Part shown: one piece after another, positions 18,541 through 27,304 of the stretch
Layout of the letters: every line of letters starts with the position of its first letter
How positions within the stretch are numbered: position 1 is the stretch's first letter
From: a bacterium
Lineage (GTDB): Bacteria > Verrucomicrobiota > Verrucomicrobiia > Chthoniobacterales > JAFAMB01
Assembly: GCA_046727075.1 (NCBI GenBank)
Contig: JBKPBY010000182.1
Span: 1-55,865 of the forward strand
DNA length: 55,865 nt
Reading direction: 5' to 3'
Notes under the pieces: model-generated
Seen by the model: the letters and a program-made list of their open reading frames with translations, nothing else
Told to the model about the DNA's origin: nothing
The model's database searches: none
Position numbers and translations under genes: made by a program

Positions 18541-19983
18541 TCAGTTCTCACTCGATCTCGCGCCCGATACGGCCCGATGCCGCTCGATGCCGCTCGATGC
18601 CGCTCGATGCCGCTCGATCTCCGTTCGATCCCGCTCGATCCCGCTCGATTCCTCCGCCCACGGCAGCCGGACTGCGGCGCGACAGCCTTCTTTGCCGTCC
18701 GGGCGATTCATCAGCACGAGTGATCCGGCGTGTGCTTCGATGATTTGGCGGCTTAATACCAACCCGATACCGCTGCCTTTGGGTTTGGTGGTGAAAAAAG
18801 GAACGAACAAGTTGGTGGTGTTGGTTAGTCCGTGACCACCGTCATCCACATAGATCTCGACAAATGCTTCTTCGACCTTCCAACCGACGTCGACGCCGCT
18901 GCCGGTTTCCAAGGCTGCGTCAGCTCCATTGCGAATCAGATTGATCAAGGCCTGACTCATTTGATCGCTGTCCAAAGGAAGCGTGAACGGTTTGTCTGGA
19001 TGGATCGTTACCGGCAATCGCACCTCGAGCGCTGCGGCATGCCGAATCAATGGTTCAATCTCGCAATCACGAATCACCGGAGCCGGTAAACGGGCCAGTT
19101 TAGAATAGCCGCCCATGAAGTGGCTCAGCGCCTCGGCTCTAGACGCAATAACTTCCAGTCCCCCTTCGATATCCTGTTGCCAGTCTCCCGACCTTTGCGT
19201 TACCGGGCGACGCAGCAACGTAACAAGACTGTCAGCAATTGAATGGATCGGCGCCAACGAATTGTTCAGTTCATGTCCAAGCACACGAATCAAACGTTGC
19301 CAGGCGGCGCGCTCTTCTTCGCGCAACGGCTGGCTTAAATCGGCGAGCACCAGGAGCTGATGCGGCCGGCCTCCTTCGCGGAAAGAGGTCCGGCGCAAAC
19401 CCCAACGGCCACCGGCGCGACCTGGGAATTGCCGAGTCAAGATACGTGACGGCTCCCCTTCCAGACATTGGTCAAGCCCGACCTCCTTCGCACCGTGGCC
19501 GAGCAACTCCGATTCGGGCTTTCCGAGCAACTCAGTTCCGGTTCGGTTAATCAAACGCAGACGGCCTTCATCATCGAATGTGAACACCGCGACAGCGATC
19601 TCTGCCATGACAGCGCGAAGGAGCGCCGTGGCTTCCGCTGCCTCGCGCCGGCCGATCAATAAAGTTTCGCTCAGTGAGTTAACTTCGCGCATTACTTGGC
19701 CGAGTGAATCTTCTCTTCGTGCACGACGTGACCGCAGCGAATAATCTCCTTCGCGTAAAGCGGCCAGCAGATTGGTTAAAGTCTGCATCGGGAAGACAAC
19801 TCTATTTCTTAACGCGATGACACATCCAATCCAGACGCTGACCACCAGGATAGAGAGCGTCCATTGTACTTTCGCGGTCCAACCGCCGAACCAGAGTAGA
19901 AACAGGCAAGCTACAACCGCCGGCAAACCACCCAGAAACGCGATCAGCTGGATCGCGGTTTCGTGCGGAAGCTTGCGGGGCAT
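18541..19983 (-). CDS. PAS-domain sensor histidine kinase (NtrY/NtrB-like)
   Basis: Two TM helices, HAMP, PAS, H-box RVLGHELNNSL, NLIRNG, DDGGHG and FFTTKPKGSGIGL; start placed at MPRKLPHE. Confidence 0.92.
   Translation of the reverse strand: MPRKLPHETAIQLIAFLGGLPAVVACLFLLWFGGWTAKVQWTLSILVVSVWIGCVIALRNRVVFPMQTLTNLLAALREGDYSLRSRRARREDSLGQVMREVNSLSETLLIGRREAAEATALLRAVMAEIAVAVFTFDDEGRLRLINRTGTELLGKPESELLGHGAKEVGLDQCLEGEPSRILTRQFPGRAGGRWGLRRTSFREGGRPHQLLVLADLSQPLREEERAAWQRLIRVLGHELNNSLAPIHSIADSLVTLLRRPVTQRSGDWQQDIEGGLEVIASRAEALSHFMGGYSKLARLPAPVIRDCEIEPLIRHAAALEVRLPVTIHPDKPFTLPLDSDQMSQALINLIRNGADAALETGSGVDVGWKVEEAFVEIYVDDGGHGLTNTTNLFVPFFTTKPKGSGIGLVLSRQIIEAHAGSLVLMNRPDGKEGCRAAVRLPWAEESSGIERDRTEIERHRAASSGIERHRAVSGARSSEN
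18575..18650. repeat. Decamer tandem repeat CGATGCCGCT
   Basis: About 7 copies, overlapping the 3' end of the kinase ORF. Confidence 0.85.
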
Positions 19984-19993
19984 GGGGAAGGAA

Positions 19994-20096
19994 ATGCCAA
20001 CATCGCTGTCAATGCCAGCAATGCCAACAACGAAGATAGTTTCCTCGAAATTCCTTGGTTGATGGCATTGTCGGCGATGTCGGCGTTGTTGGCATG
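19994..20096. repeat. Inverted pair of 9-mer arrays (long imperfect hairpin)
   Basis: ATGCCAACA..GTCAATGCCA.. faces ..TGGCATTGTC..TGTTGGCAT between regulator and kinase. Confidence 0.7.
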
Positions 20097-21494
20097 TCAG
20101 AGACCGTACTGCTGTAATCGCCGGTAGAAGGTGCTCCGGCTGAGGCCGAGGGCTTCGGCAGCTTGTCGAGCGTTGCCGCCGAAGCGAGCAAGGCTTTTCT
20201 GGATCAGAAGTCTTTCTATTTCTTCGAGGCTCATGTCTTCGATCTGCGCAGCGACGTTCGGTTGCGAGCGTTGAAGACCGAGATCGTCGACACGTATCTT
20301 TGGACTGGTGGCCATCAAAACAGCGCGCTCGATCGTGTGATCCAATTCTCTGACGTTGCCGGGCCAAGAATGGGCCACCAGAGCACGCGCAGCGTCGTCT
20401 TCGAAGCCTTGGAACTGTTTCCGATACCGTTTTGCGTGTCGCTGCAGAAAATGATTCCCGAGCAAAGGAATGTCTTCGCGACGGTCTCGCAGCGACGGTA
20501 ACCGTAACTCAACGGTATTCAATCGGAACAACAAATCCCGCCGGAAACGCCCAGAGCCGACTTCTGCTTCAAGATCCGAATTTGTGGCGGAAAGGAGACG
20601 GACGTTTGCGTGGCGTGTCTTGGAGGAACCGACCCGCTCAAATTCCCCGGTCTCGAGCGTACGCAATAGCTTGGCTTGCTGTGCCAGCGGCACGTTACCG
20701 ATCTCGTCGAGAAAAAGCGTACCGTTGTCCGCTAACTCGAACCGGCCGGCACGATCACTCTTCGCGTCAGTAAACGCGCCTTTTACGTGTCCAAACAGTT
20801 CACTCTCAAAAAGGTTCTCACTCAATCCCCCCATATTCACCGTGATCAACGGTTGCTGGGACCGGCTGCTTGCCGCATGCAAGCATCGGGCGATTAAGCC
20901 CTTTCCTGTTCCGTTCTCACCAGTGATAAGAACATTTGCGTCTGAAGGACCGATCCGGCGGATAACCTCGAGGACCGGTTTCATTGCGTTTGAGGTCGCC
21001 AAAAGCTCTCCGCCGTCACCTGAAGGGAACTCGCCCCGATCGCGGCGTAGATATTCGTTCTCGGCTTCCAGGCTCTGGCTGCGCCGGGCGGCAGCCGCCA
21101 GTTCCAGCTGGGTTCGGACGATCGCCAGTACTCGCGCGTTCTCCCAAGGTTTTTGGATAAAGTCTTTGGCGCCGCGCCGCATCGCCTCGACTGCCAGATC
21201 GATGGTTGCCCAGGCCGTCATGACAACGACTCGCGGCGCACCTTCGACAGTCTGCAACCGGCTCAACAGATCGAGTCCTTCCTGTCCGCTGGTCGTGTCT
21301 CGCGTGTAGTTAAGGTCGACAAAAGCCAGCGCGAATTCGTGACGTTGGACCGCTTCTAACGTTTCAGCCGGCGACTGGGCGAGCGCAGTTTCGTAACCCT
21401 CGTTCTTGAGAAGCAGCCGTAACGCCTGGCGGACAGCGAGTTGGTCGTCAGCGATCAAGATTTGCGCGGCTGGAGTGCTCATGAACTGGAGCAT
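20097..21494 (-). CDS. Sigma54-dependent response regulator (NtrC family)
   Basis: REC domain, GENGTGKG, ESELFGHVKGAFTDA, LFLDEIG, WPGNVREL and Fis-type HTH. Confidence 0.96.
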   Translation of the reverse strand: MLQFMSTPAAQILIADDQLAVRQALRLLLKNEGYETALAQSPAETLEAVQRHEFALAFVDLNYTRDTTSGQEGLDLLSRLQTVEGAPRVVVMTAWATIDLAVEAMRRGAKDFIQKPWENARVLAIVRTQLELAAAARRSQSLEAENEYLRRDRGEFPSGDGGELLATSNAMKPVLEVIRRIGPSDANVLITGENGTGKGLIARCLHAASSRSQQPLITVNMGGLSENLFESELFGHVKGAFTDAKSDRAGRFELADNGTLFLDEIGNVPLAQQAKLLRTLETGEFERVGSSKTRHANVRLLSATNSDLEAEVGSGRFRRDLLFRLNTVELRLPSLRDRREDIPLLGNHFLQRHAKRYRKQFQGFEDDAARALVAHSWPGNVRELDHTIERAVLMATSPKIRVDDLGLQRSQPNVAAQIEDMSLEEIERLLIQKSLARFGGNARQAAEALGLSRSTFYRRLQQYGL

Positions 21495-21509
21495 TCATGC
21501 ACCTGAGAG

Positions 21510-21621
21510 GGAACGCCGTCAACGCCGTCATCGCCGACATAGTTAGCGCCGGAACGCCGAGAGCCGAAGGCATGGGTCATATACGTCATATAGGTCGTAT
21601 AGCTCCTATACGTCCTATTTC
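21510..21621. repeat. 9-mer modules (AACGCCGTC and TCCTATA families) in inverted orientation
   Basis: ggaacgccgtc aacgccgtc atcgccgac.. then catatacgt catataggt cgtatagct cctatacgt cctat. Confidence 0.8.
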
Positions 21622-21712
21622 TTCCGCTCGTCAAACTTACACCACGGTTAGCTTACCCATCATGTGAGTTGCATCGTCCGGCTGTTGATGGAGGAAGAGG
21701 ACGATGATGAGG

Positions 21713-22703
21713 CTAGCCTTGGTGCTCCTGAAGAAAACCCTCTGCTTCTTTTGAGGCTTCCAGGTCCCCGAAAGCTTTGGCTCCGTCCCGGCTTTGCTCG
21801 CCGAGGCTTTTCGCTTCGGCTGTTCTGCCCACCTCCGAATAGAGCTTCGCCAAAAGCAACTGACCTGAATAGAGAGCGCGTGGGCTATTTCCCGATTTAC
21901 TGAGCGGGATCGCTTCCTCGGTTAGTTTAATCGCTTCAACAGTATTCTTTTGATCCAGCTCGAGCTCGGCTAACACAAGCAGCGCGAATGGAACAAAGAG
22001 ATGCATCTGATTTTGCTGTCTCAGTCGCAGGGACTCACGGAAGTTGATGCGGGCGAGATCAATCTCTCCCGCCTTCTGTTGGAGATAGGCAATGTGTCGT
22101 ACAATGAATGATCGCATTCGCTCATCACCGGTTCGATTTGTGAGTTCGAGGCCTCTGTCGAAGGTCTCGCGCGCAGGTTTATCCCGATCCTGCATTTGAT
22201 AAACGAGGCCGCGATAGAACATCGCCTCGGCGAGCCCGATGCCGTCGCCCACTTCTTCGAAAGTCTTGAGAGCTCGATCGAAGTGTTCCGTTGGAGCTTG
22301 CCAATCCCCTACTTTGTCGAGCGCCCTGAAGTAAGTAAATCGTCCCTCCGCCATTTCCAAGGTTGCTAACGCTTGGTTGTCACCGCTCTCTTGGACATCG
22401 GACCGGGCTACGGCAATCGCTTCCCGGACAGAGTCCTCGTTCTTTTGAAAGTATGTATTTCGGTCGGCTGCGTAGTGCGCTAGCTCAGCCCTCAGCCGCG
22501 CCACCTCGGCGGTATCCTTCGTCCTCTTTAGTTGTTCTTCGAGCAACTTGCCTGCTTCATCCCATTTACCGGCGTCGACTAAATGTCGCGACTCTTTGAT
22601 TACTCTAGCCGACGCAAAGCGGAGATGTCGTCTGCGAGAGAATCGGTAGCATTGCGAGCAAACCAGCAATCGAGAACAGAGATGCCGTAAATCGACCGAT
22701 CAT
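21713..22703 (-). pseudogene. Secreted TPR-repeat protein with an apparent +1 frameshift near 22620
   Basis: ATG 22703 gives signal-peptide-like MIGRFTASLFSIAGLLAMLPILSQTTS, then stops; the helical-repeat body (AEAMFYRGLVY, IAYLQQKAGEIDLA) is in another frame. Confidence 0.65.
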
Positions 22704-22739
22704 GAGGATGAGGATAGCCGGGCTCGCAGCGCGGCTGTC

Positions 22740-22913
22740 AACGGTTTTCAGTTTTCGGTTCTTGAGATGTAAGGCGTGGCGATCGAAATACGGGTACCAC
22801 CCTTGGGGGCAAGGCTCCTAGAGCACGGTCCTCCAGGTTCAGATTCGTGCGACGCGAATTTGCCAGAAAGAAGCTCCGCTTCAGCGTAAAAGGACCGAAA
22901 ACTGAAAACCGTT
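22740..22913. other. 24-bp terminal inverted repeats enclosing a 126-bp hairpin-rich segment (candidate ncRNA or MITE)
   Basis: AACGGTTTTCAGTTTTCGGTTCTT vs AAGGACCGAAAACTGAAAACCGTT, one mismatch. Confidence 0.55.
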
Positions 22914-22932
22914 AACCGTTAACTGTTAACCG

Positions 22933-22963
22933 CCCCGAAAGCTTTCGCAGAAAGCATTCGGGG
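22933..22963. repeat. REP-like or terminator-like hairpin after the oxidoreductase stop
   Basis: CCCCGAA-a-GCTTTC-gca-GAAAGC-a-TTCGGGG. Confidence 0.6.
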
Positions 22964-22974
22964 TAAGCGCAGCT

Positions 22975-25902
22975 TCAGGCCAGGGCGTTATGCAGAATTT
23001 CGATTGGGTGGTGAGCGATGCGACCAGTGCCGTCCTTAATCTGGTGCCGGCAACTTGTACCTGGGGCCGCAATGAGTGTATCGGCCGGGGCAGAACGAAC
23101 AGCTGGAAACAAAACTAAGCCGCCGATCTTCATAGAAAGATCGAAATGTTCCTTTTCATACCCGAACGAGCCAGCCATACCACAACAACCGGAGGGGATC
23201 AGTTGAACGCGATAATTTTTGGGAAGCTCGAGCATTTTCACCGTCGGAGTCAATGATGCGAGGGCCTTCTGGTGGCAGTGGCCGTGCAGCTTGATCTGGC
23301 GCGAATCGCTGACGAACGCGTCGCTCCGAATATTCCCGAGATCAGCCTCGCGTGCGACGAACTCGTCAACGAGCAGAGAATTCTTCGCCAGCATCTTCGC
23401 GCTCTCCAAAAGGTGCGACGGCACGAGATCGAGGACTTCGTCGCGAAATCCGAGAATTGCCGAGGGTTCGATCCCAATCATCGGAGCTTGCTCGGTAATT
23501 ATATCTTTCAATAGCTCCACGTTCCGGATCGCTAATTCTCTGGCTTCGCGCACAAGGCCTTTGGAAATTTGTGCGCGACCGCTATCGACATGATTGGGGA
23601 TAACAACTTCATATCCGAGACGGTTCAACAATTGCACTGCCTTTATGCCGATACCTGCATCGTGGTAGTTGGTAAACTCGTCACAAAACAGAAAAATGCG
23701 GCGCGTGTAAGATCCTTTGTTAGCGTGTTCGCGATGCCAACGGCGCAGAGTTGTCCTTGGCAATTCTGGAATGGATCGGTCAACAGCGAACCCAGCAAAC
23801 CGTTTAAGGAATGCGGCAATCAAGCTGTTTGTAACCAAGAAATTGTGAATGGAAGGCGCCAGCGAGGCCACCCGCATCGCGCGAGAGAAATCGGCGATCA
23901 GGCGTGCGCGTCGCGGCACCCCTCTCGCATCATAAAACTGCTGTAGCCATTCTGCTTTCAGCCGGGCGACATCCACGTTAGAGGGGCATTCCGCTTTGCA
24001 TCCTTTACATGAAAGACAAAGATCCATAACCGAAGCGATCTCATCGCTGTCGAACGGGTTTGCCTTTTCCGATCGCGACAAAACTTCGCGCAAAATATTT
24101 GCCCGCGCTCGAGTGGTGTCCTTCTCGTCACGTGTCGCCATGTAACTCGGGCACATAGTACCGCCCATAAGATGGGACTTCCGGCAATCGCCCGAACCGT
24201 TACATTGTTCCGCAGCGCGGAGAACGCCTTTGGAATCGGAAAAATTGAATACGGTGGCGAACTCACGCACCGCTTGATTCGCTTCGTAGCGCAAGCTGGC
24301 ATCCATTGGCGGCGTATCGGTGATCTTGCCCGGGTTGAAAATACCAGCAGGATCCCAGCTTTGTTTGACCCTTCTAAATAGTTGGTAGTTTCGTTCGCCT
24401 ACCATCAGACGAAGGAATTCGCCTCTCACCCGTCCATCGCCATGTTCACCACTTAAAGAACCGCCGTACCGCTTCACCAGATGCGCCACCTCAGTGGCGA
24501 CCTCGCGAAAGAGGCGGCGTCCTTCGACAGATTTCAGGTCAAGGATCGGCCTCAGATGGAGTTCACCGGAAGCTGCATGTCCATAGTGGACGGCGGATAG
24601 ATTGTGACGCGCTAGAATCTCATCAATCTCGCGCACGAACGCAGGCAGATCTTCCGGATCTAGTGCTGTATCTTCAATGACAGCCACTGGTTTGGCGTCT
24701 CCGGGAATGTTGGAGAGCAAACCGAGCGCAGCCTTACGCAAGTTCCAGACACGATTTTGGTCTTTTCCCCAAACGACCGGGTAGTGGTAGCCCAAATTCA
24801 AGCCGCGCAACTCTTTTTCCAATTCATGGGCTACCGATTCGACCTCCTCACGCTTATCTGCTGCAAGTTCAACTGCCAGGATGGCGCCTGGGTCACCTTG
24901 CACGAAGAATCGATTTTGGCGTTGCTCCAGATTTGTTTTTGTACACTCGAGGATATTATTATCAATCAGCTCGCAAGACCGCGGACTGTATCGGAGAGCA
25001 ACCAGATTCGCTCGCAGAGCCTCATCGATCGTTGCGCAGTGCACACAAACTAAAGCACTAGCGGCAGGTGGCAGCGGTTCGCAAGCAAGGGTCGCTTCGG
25101 TTAAGAATGCCAGAGTTCCTTCCGATCCGGCCAACAAACGACAGAGGTTGAACTCCGGACCATGGGAAGCGAACGGTGAACACGCCGCAAGCAAATCGAG
25201 GGCGTAGCCGGTATTCCTGCGATGAATCGAGTTCTTCGGAAATTCCCGATAGATTTCGGCTCGCTGGTCAGCGTCATTCAACAAGGTAAAAGCGTCTCGG
25301 TAGATCGCGGACTCCAGATCGTTTCCTGCGCACTTCATTTTCAACTGACTGCTTGAGAGCGGCCCGAACTCGGCGATCGAGCCATCGCTCAGGACTGCCC
25401 GTGCAGAAATGAGATGATCTCGCGTGCTACCGTACACAACGGAATTCGCGCCGCAGGCGTTATTGCCGATCATGCCGCCGATCATTGCGCGGTTCTGGGT
25501 AGAAGTCTCTGGAGCAAAGAAAAGGCCGTGAGGCGAGAGTGCGAGGTTCAATTCGTTACGCACCACGCCTGGCTGCGCACGAACCGTTTTTCGATCTTTG
25601 TCGATTTGAAGGATGCGAGTTAAATGGCGAGATAGATCGACGACAATGCCTGTTCCAACAACCTGTCCTGCCAGCGAGGTCCCGGCTGTTCGAGGAATGA
25701 GCGGAGTCTTAGTGTCGTGAGCAAATCGGACAAGCTTACAAATGTCCTGCTCATTCTTTGGAAACGCGACTGCCAGCGGCATTTCGCGGTAAACCGAGGC
25801 ATCGGTGGCATACAAAGTCCGCGTCGTGTGATCAAGATGGAACTCGCCTTCCAGTTCAGAGGAGAGGCGTCGAAGTTGAGCAGAATCAGGGGGCATTGGC
25901 AA
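22975..25902 (-). CDS. FAD-binding / Fe-S oxidoreductase (GlcD-GlpC fusion, YdiJ-like 2-hydroxyacid dehydrogenase)
   Basis: YATDASVY, GTSLAGQ, GSEGTL, GEHGDG, CNGSGDC, CLSCKGCKAECP, HGHCHQ and CCGMAGSFG. Confidence 0.93.
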   Translation of the reverse strand: MPMPPDSAQLRRLSSELEGEFHLDHTTRTLYATDASVYREMPLAVAFPKNEQDICKLVRFAHDTKTPLIPRTAGTSLAGQVVGTGIVVDLSRHLTRILQIDKDRKTVRAQPGVVRNELNLALSPHGLFFAPETSTQNRAMIGGMIGNNACGANSVVYGSTRDHLISARAVLSDGSIAEFGPLSSSQLKMKCAGNDLESAIYRDAFTLLNDADQRAEIYREFPKNSIHRRNTGYALDLLAACSPFASHGPEFNLCRLLAGSEGTLAFLTEATLACEPLPPAASALVCVHCATIDEALRANLVALRYSPRSCELIDNNILECTKTNLEQRQNRFFVQGDPGAILAVELAADKREEVESVAHELEKELRGLNLGYHYPVVWGKDQNRVWNLRKAALGLLSNIPGDAKPVAVIEDTALDPEDLPAFVREIDEILARHNLSAVHYGHAASGELHLRPILDLKSVEGRRLFREVATEVAHLVKRYGGSLSGEHGDGRVRGEFLRLMVGERNYQLFRRVKQSWDPAGIFNPGKITDTPPMDASLRYEANQAVREFATVFNFSDSKGVLRAAEQCNGSGDCRKSHLMGGTMCPSYMATRDEKDTTRARANILREVLSRSEKANPFDSDEIASVMDLCLSCKGCKAECPSNVDVARLKAEWLQQFYDARGVPRRARLIADFSRAMRVASLAPSIHNFLVTNSLIAAFLKRFAGFAVDRSIPELPRTTLRRWHREHANKGSYTRRIFLFCDEFTNYHDAGIGIKAVQLLNRLGYEVVIPNHVDSGRAQISKGLVREARELAIRNVELLKDIITEQAPMIGIEPSAILGFRDEVLDLVPSHLLESAKMLAKNSLLVDEFVAREADLGNIRSDAFVSDSRQIKLHGHCHQKALASLTPTVKMLELPKNYRVQLIPSGCCGMAGSFGYEKEHFDLSMKIGGLVLFPAVRSAPADTLIAAPGTSCRHQIKDGTGRIAHHPIEILHNALA

Positions 25903-25918
25903 CTAGAGGTAGTGTAGA

Positions 25919-26006
25919 GTGGCTGGTGGCTGGTGGCTAGTATGGAGTGGGGTTTTCGCCTCCGCCAAGGCTTCGTCGGACGCGTCGTTGGACGGGTCGT
26001 CGGACA
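25919..26006. repeat. GTGGCTG heptamers, REP-like copy and 12-mer repeats
   Basis: GTGGCTG x3; cgcctccgccaaggcttcgtcggac; CGTYGGACGSGT x3. Confidence 0.7.
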
Positions 26007-26425
26007 GGGCCGCAACTGCAGTACGACAAGATGGCCGGCCGCAAAGTCAGAAGCAGCGGAGCAATCAGTTGGAATGACCGGGCACTGTTAATCAGCAAGA
26101 GTCTGGCCGGATGGAACCTGGGCCTTCAAAGCGATGCCCAAGGAGAGATTGCAGTCTGGTTTGCTCGACTCTTACTGGGATGGATAGAGCCAGAATCGGG
26201 GATTTTTTTCCGGGCCGATAGCTCAAGATGAGTACAACGCCAACATCTTGTGATCGACAAGCTCCAGGGGCGAAAAAAAAGACAAACCTTGGGCTTCGCA
26301 GAGCCCCGGCTCGCATGCGCGAAAACAGCAGAAATTTCCGCTGACAAAAACAATTGAAAATATCTAACCCTTAAACCCAAAAGTGTTACCGATGTGTTGA
26401 ACCAAAAGCGTTACCGATGTCTGTC
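26007..26425 (+). mobile_element. IS481-family remnant (transposase C-terminus and right end)
   Basis: RKVRSSGAISWNDRALLISKSLAGWNLGL..IAVWFARLLLGWIE resembles IS481 transposase C-termini; 19-bp direct repeat CCAAAAGYGTTACCGATGT at 26377 and 26402. Confidence 0.72.
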
Positions 26426-26438
26426 CCGTTCCCGTTCC

Positions 26439-26472
26439 ACGGATTACGGGTTACGGATTACGGGTCCGGGTT
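26439..26472 (+). repeat. ACGGRTT heptamer tandem repeat
   Basis: ACGGATT ACGGGTT ACGGATT ACGGGT. Confidence 0.8.
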
Positions 26473-26524
26473 CCTGATGTAGGGCTTTGCGAAAAACGTC
26501 TCAGGCGTGGTAGGATGATTCACT

Positions 26525-27304
26525 ATGGGCCGGCTGATAGAAATCATTGCGCATAAGCGGAAAGAGATCGAGCCGTGGCTGGAACACACGGATGAGTGGC
26601 GTAGGAGAACCGAATCGCTGCCGAGATTCCGAGGGTTTTGCGCGGCATTAACAAACAACGAGTTTGGATTGATCGGCGAAATCAAGAAAGCGTCACCTTC
26701 GGCTGGTATCATCGCGCCGGAATTCGACCCGGCCAAAATTGCCACTATCTACGAAGAGGCGGGCGCAGACTGCATTTCGGTTCTGACAGATGAAAAATAC
26801 TTTTTGGGGCACCTCGACTATCTGGCGCTGGTTCGAACACGTGTTTCGCGGCCGCTCTTGCGAAAGGACTTCACGTTGCACGAGGTGCAGATTTACCAGG
26901 CCGCACTTGCCGGCGCTGACGCGGTGCTTCTAATTGTGAGCGCGCTCACGGTCGACGAATTGAAACATCTCCTGGAAGTGGCGAGAAGAATCGGCATTGA
27001 CTGTTTGGTTGAAGTGCATGAGGAGGCTGAATTGGACCGTGCACTTGGGCTTGGATGCGACTTGATTGGAATCAACAATCGGAACCTTGGGACATTCGAA
27101 CTCGACCTCGCGGTTACTGAAAGGTTAGCCTCAAAAATTCCCGACGAAGTCACGGTTGTCAGCGAGAGTGGAATCCGGACAGAGGACGATATCCGTCGGG
27201 TTGTGGCAGCCGGGGTGGATGCGGCACTGATCGGGGAATCGTTAATGCGCGCATCTGATCCTAAGGCACTGCTTCAGGATTTTCGCAGGGCTGCAAATGG
27301 TTGA
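26525..27304 (+). CDS. trpC: Indole-3-glycerol phosphate synthase
   Basis: EIKKASPSAG, ISVLTDEKYF, LRKDF, GINNRNL and VSESGI. Confidence 0.96.
   Translation: MGRLIEIIAHKRKEIEPWLEHTDEWRRRTESLPRFRGFCAALTNNEFGLIGEIKKASPSAGIIAPEFDPAKIATIYEEAGADCISVLTDEKYFLGHLDYLALVRTRVSRPLLRKDFTLHEVQIYQAALAGADAVLLIVSALTVDELKHLLEVARRIGIDCLVEVHEEAELDRALGLGCDLIGINNRNLGTFELDLAVTERLASKIPDEVTVVSESGIRTEDDIRRVVAAGVDAALIGESLMRASDPKALLQDFRRAANG

Noticed and set aside
19984-20367. 128 aa N-terminal extension of the kinase ORF
   Set aside because: Overlaps the regulator in another frame and crosses the repeat hairpin
20470-21309. 279 aa antisense ORF, and similar ones such as 42238-43047 and 27678-28316
   Set aside because: Shadow ORFs opposite well-conserved genes, with no motifs
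22600-22625. Stop-codon readthrough or programmed frameshift in the TPR gene
   Set aside because: The downstream body is in a different frame from the TAG, and no slippery heptamer is visible
22740-22913. 6S RNA or tRNA assignment
   Set aside because: Length fits 6S, but I could not build the rod with central bubble or a cloverleaf by eye; left as unclassified
26377-26420. Direct repeats as a mini CRISPR array
   Set aside because: Only two 19-bp units with a 6-bp gap and no cas genes; fits IS-end transposase sites better
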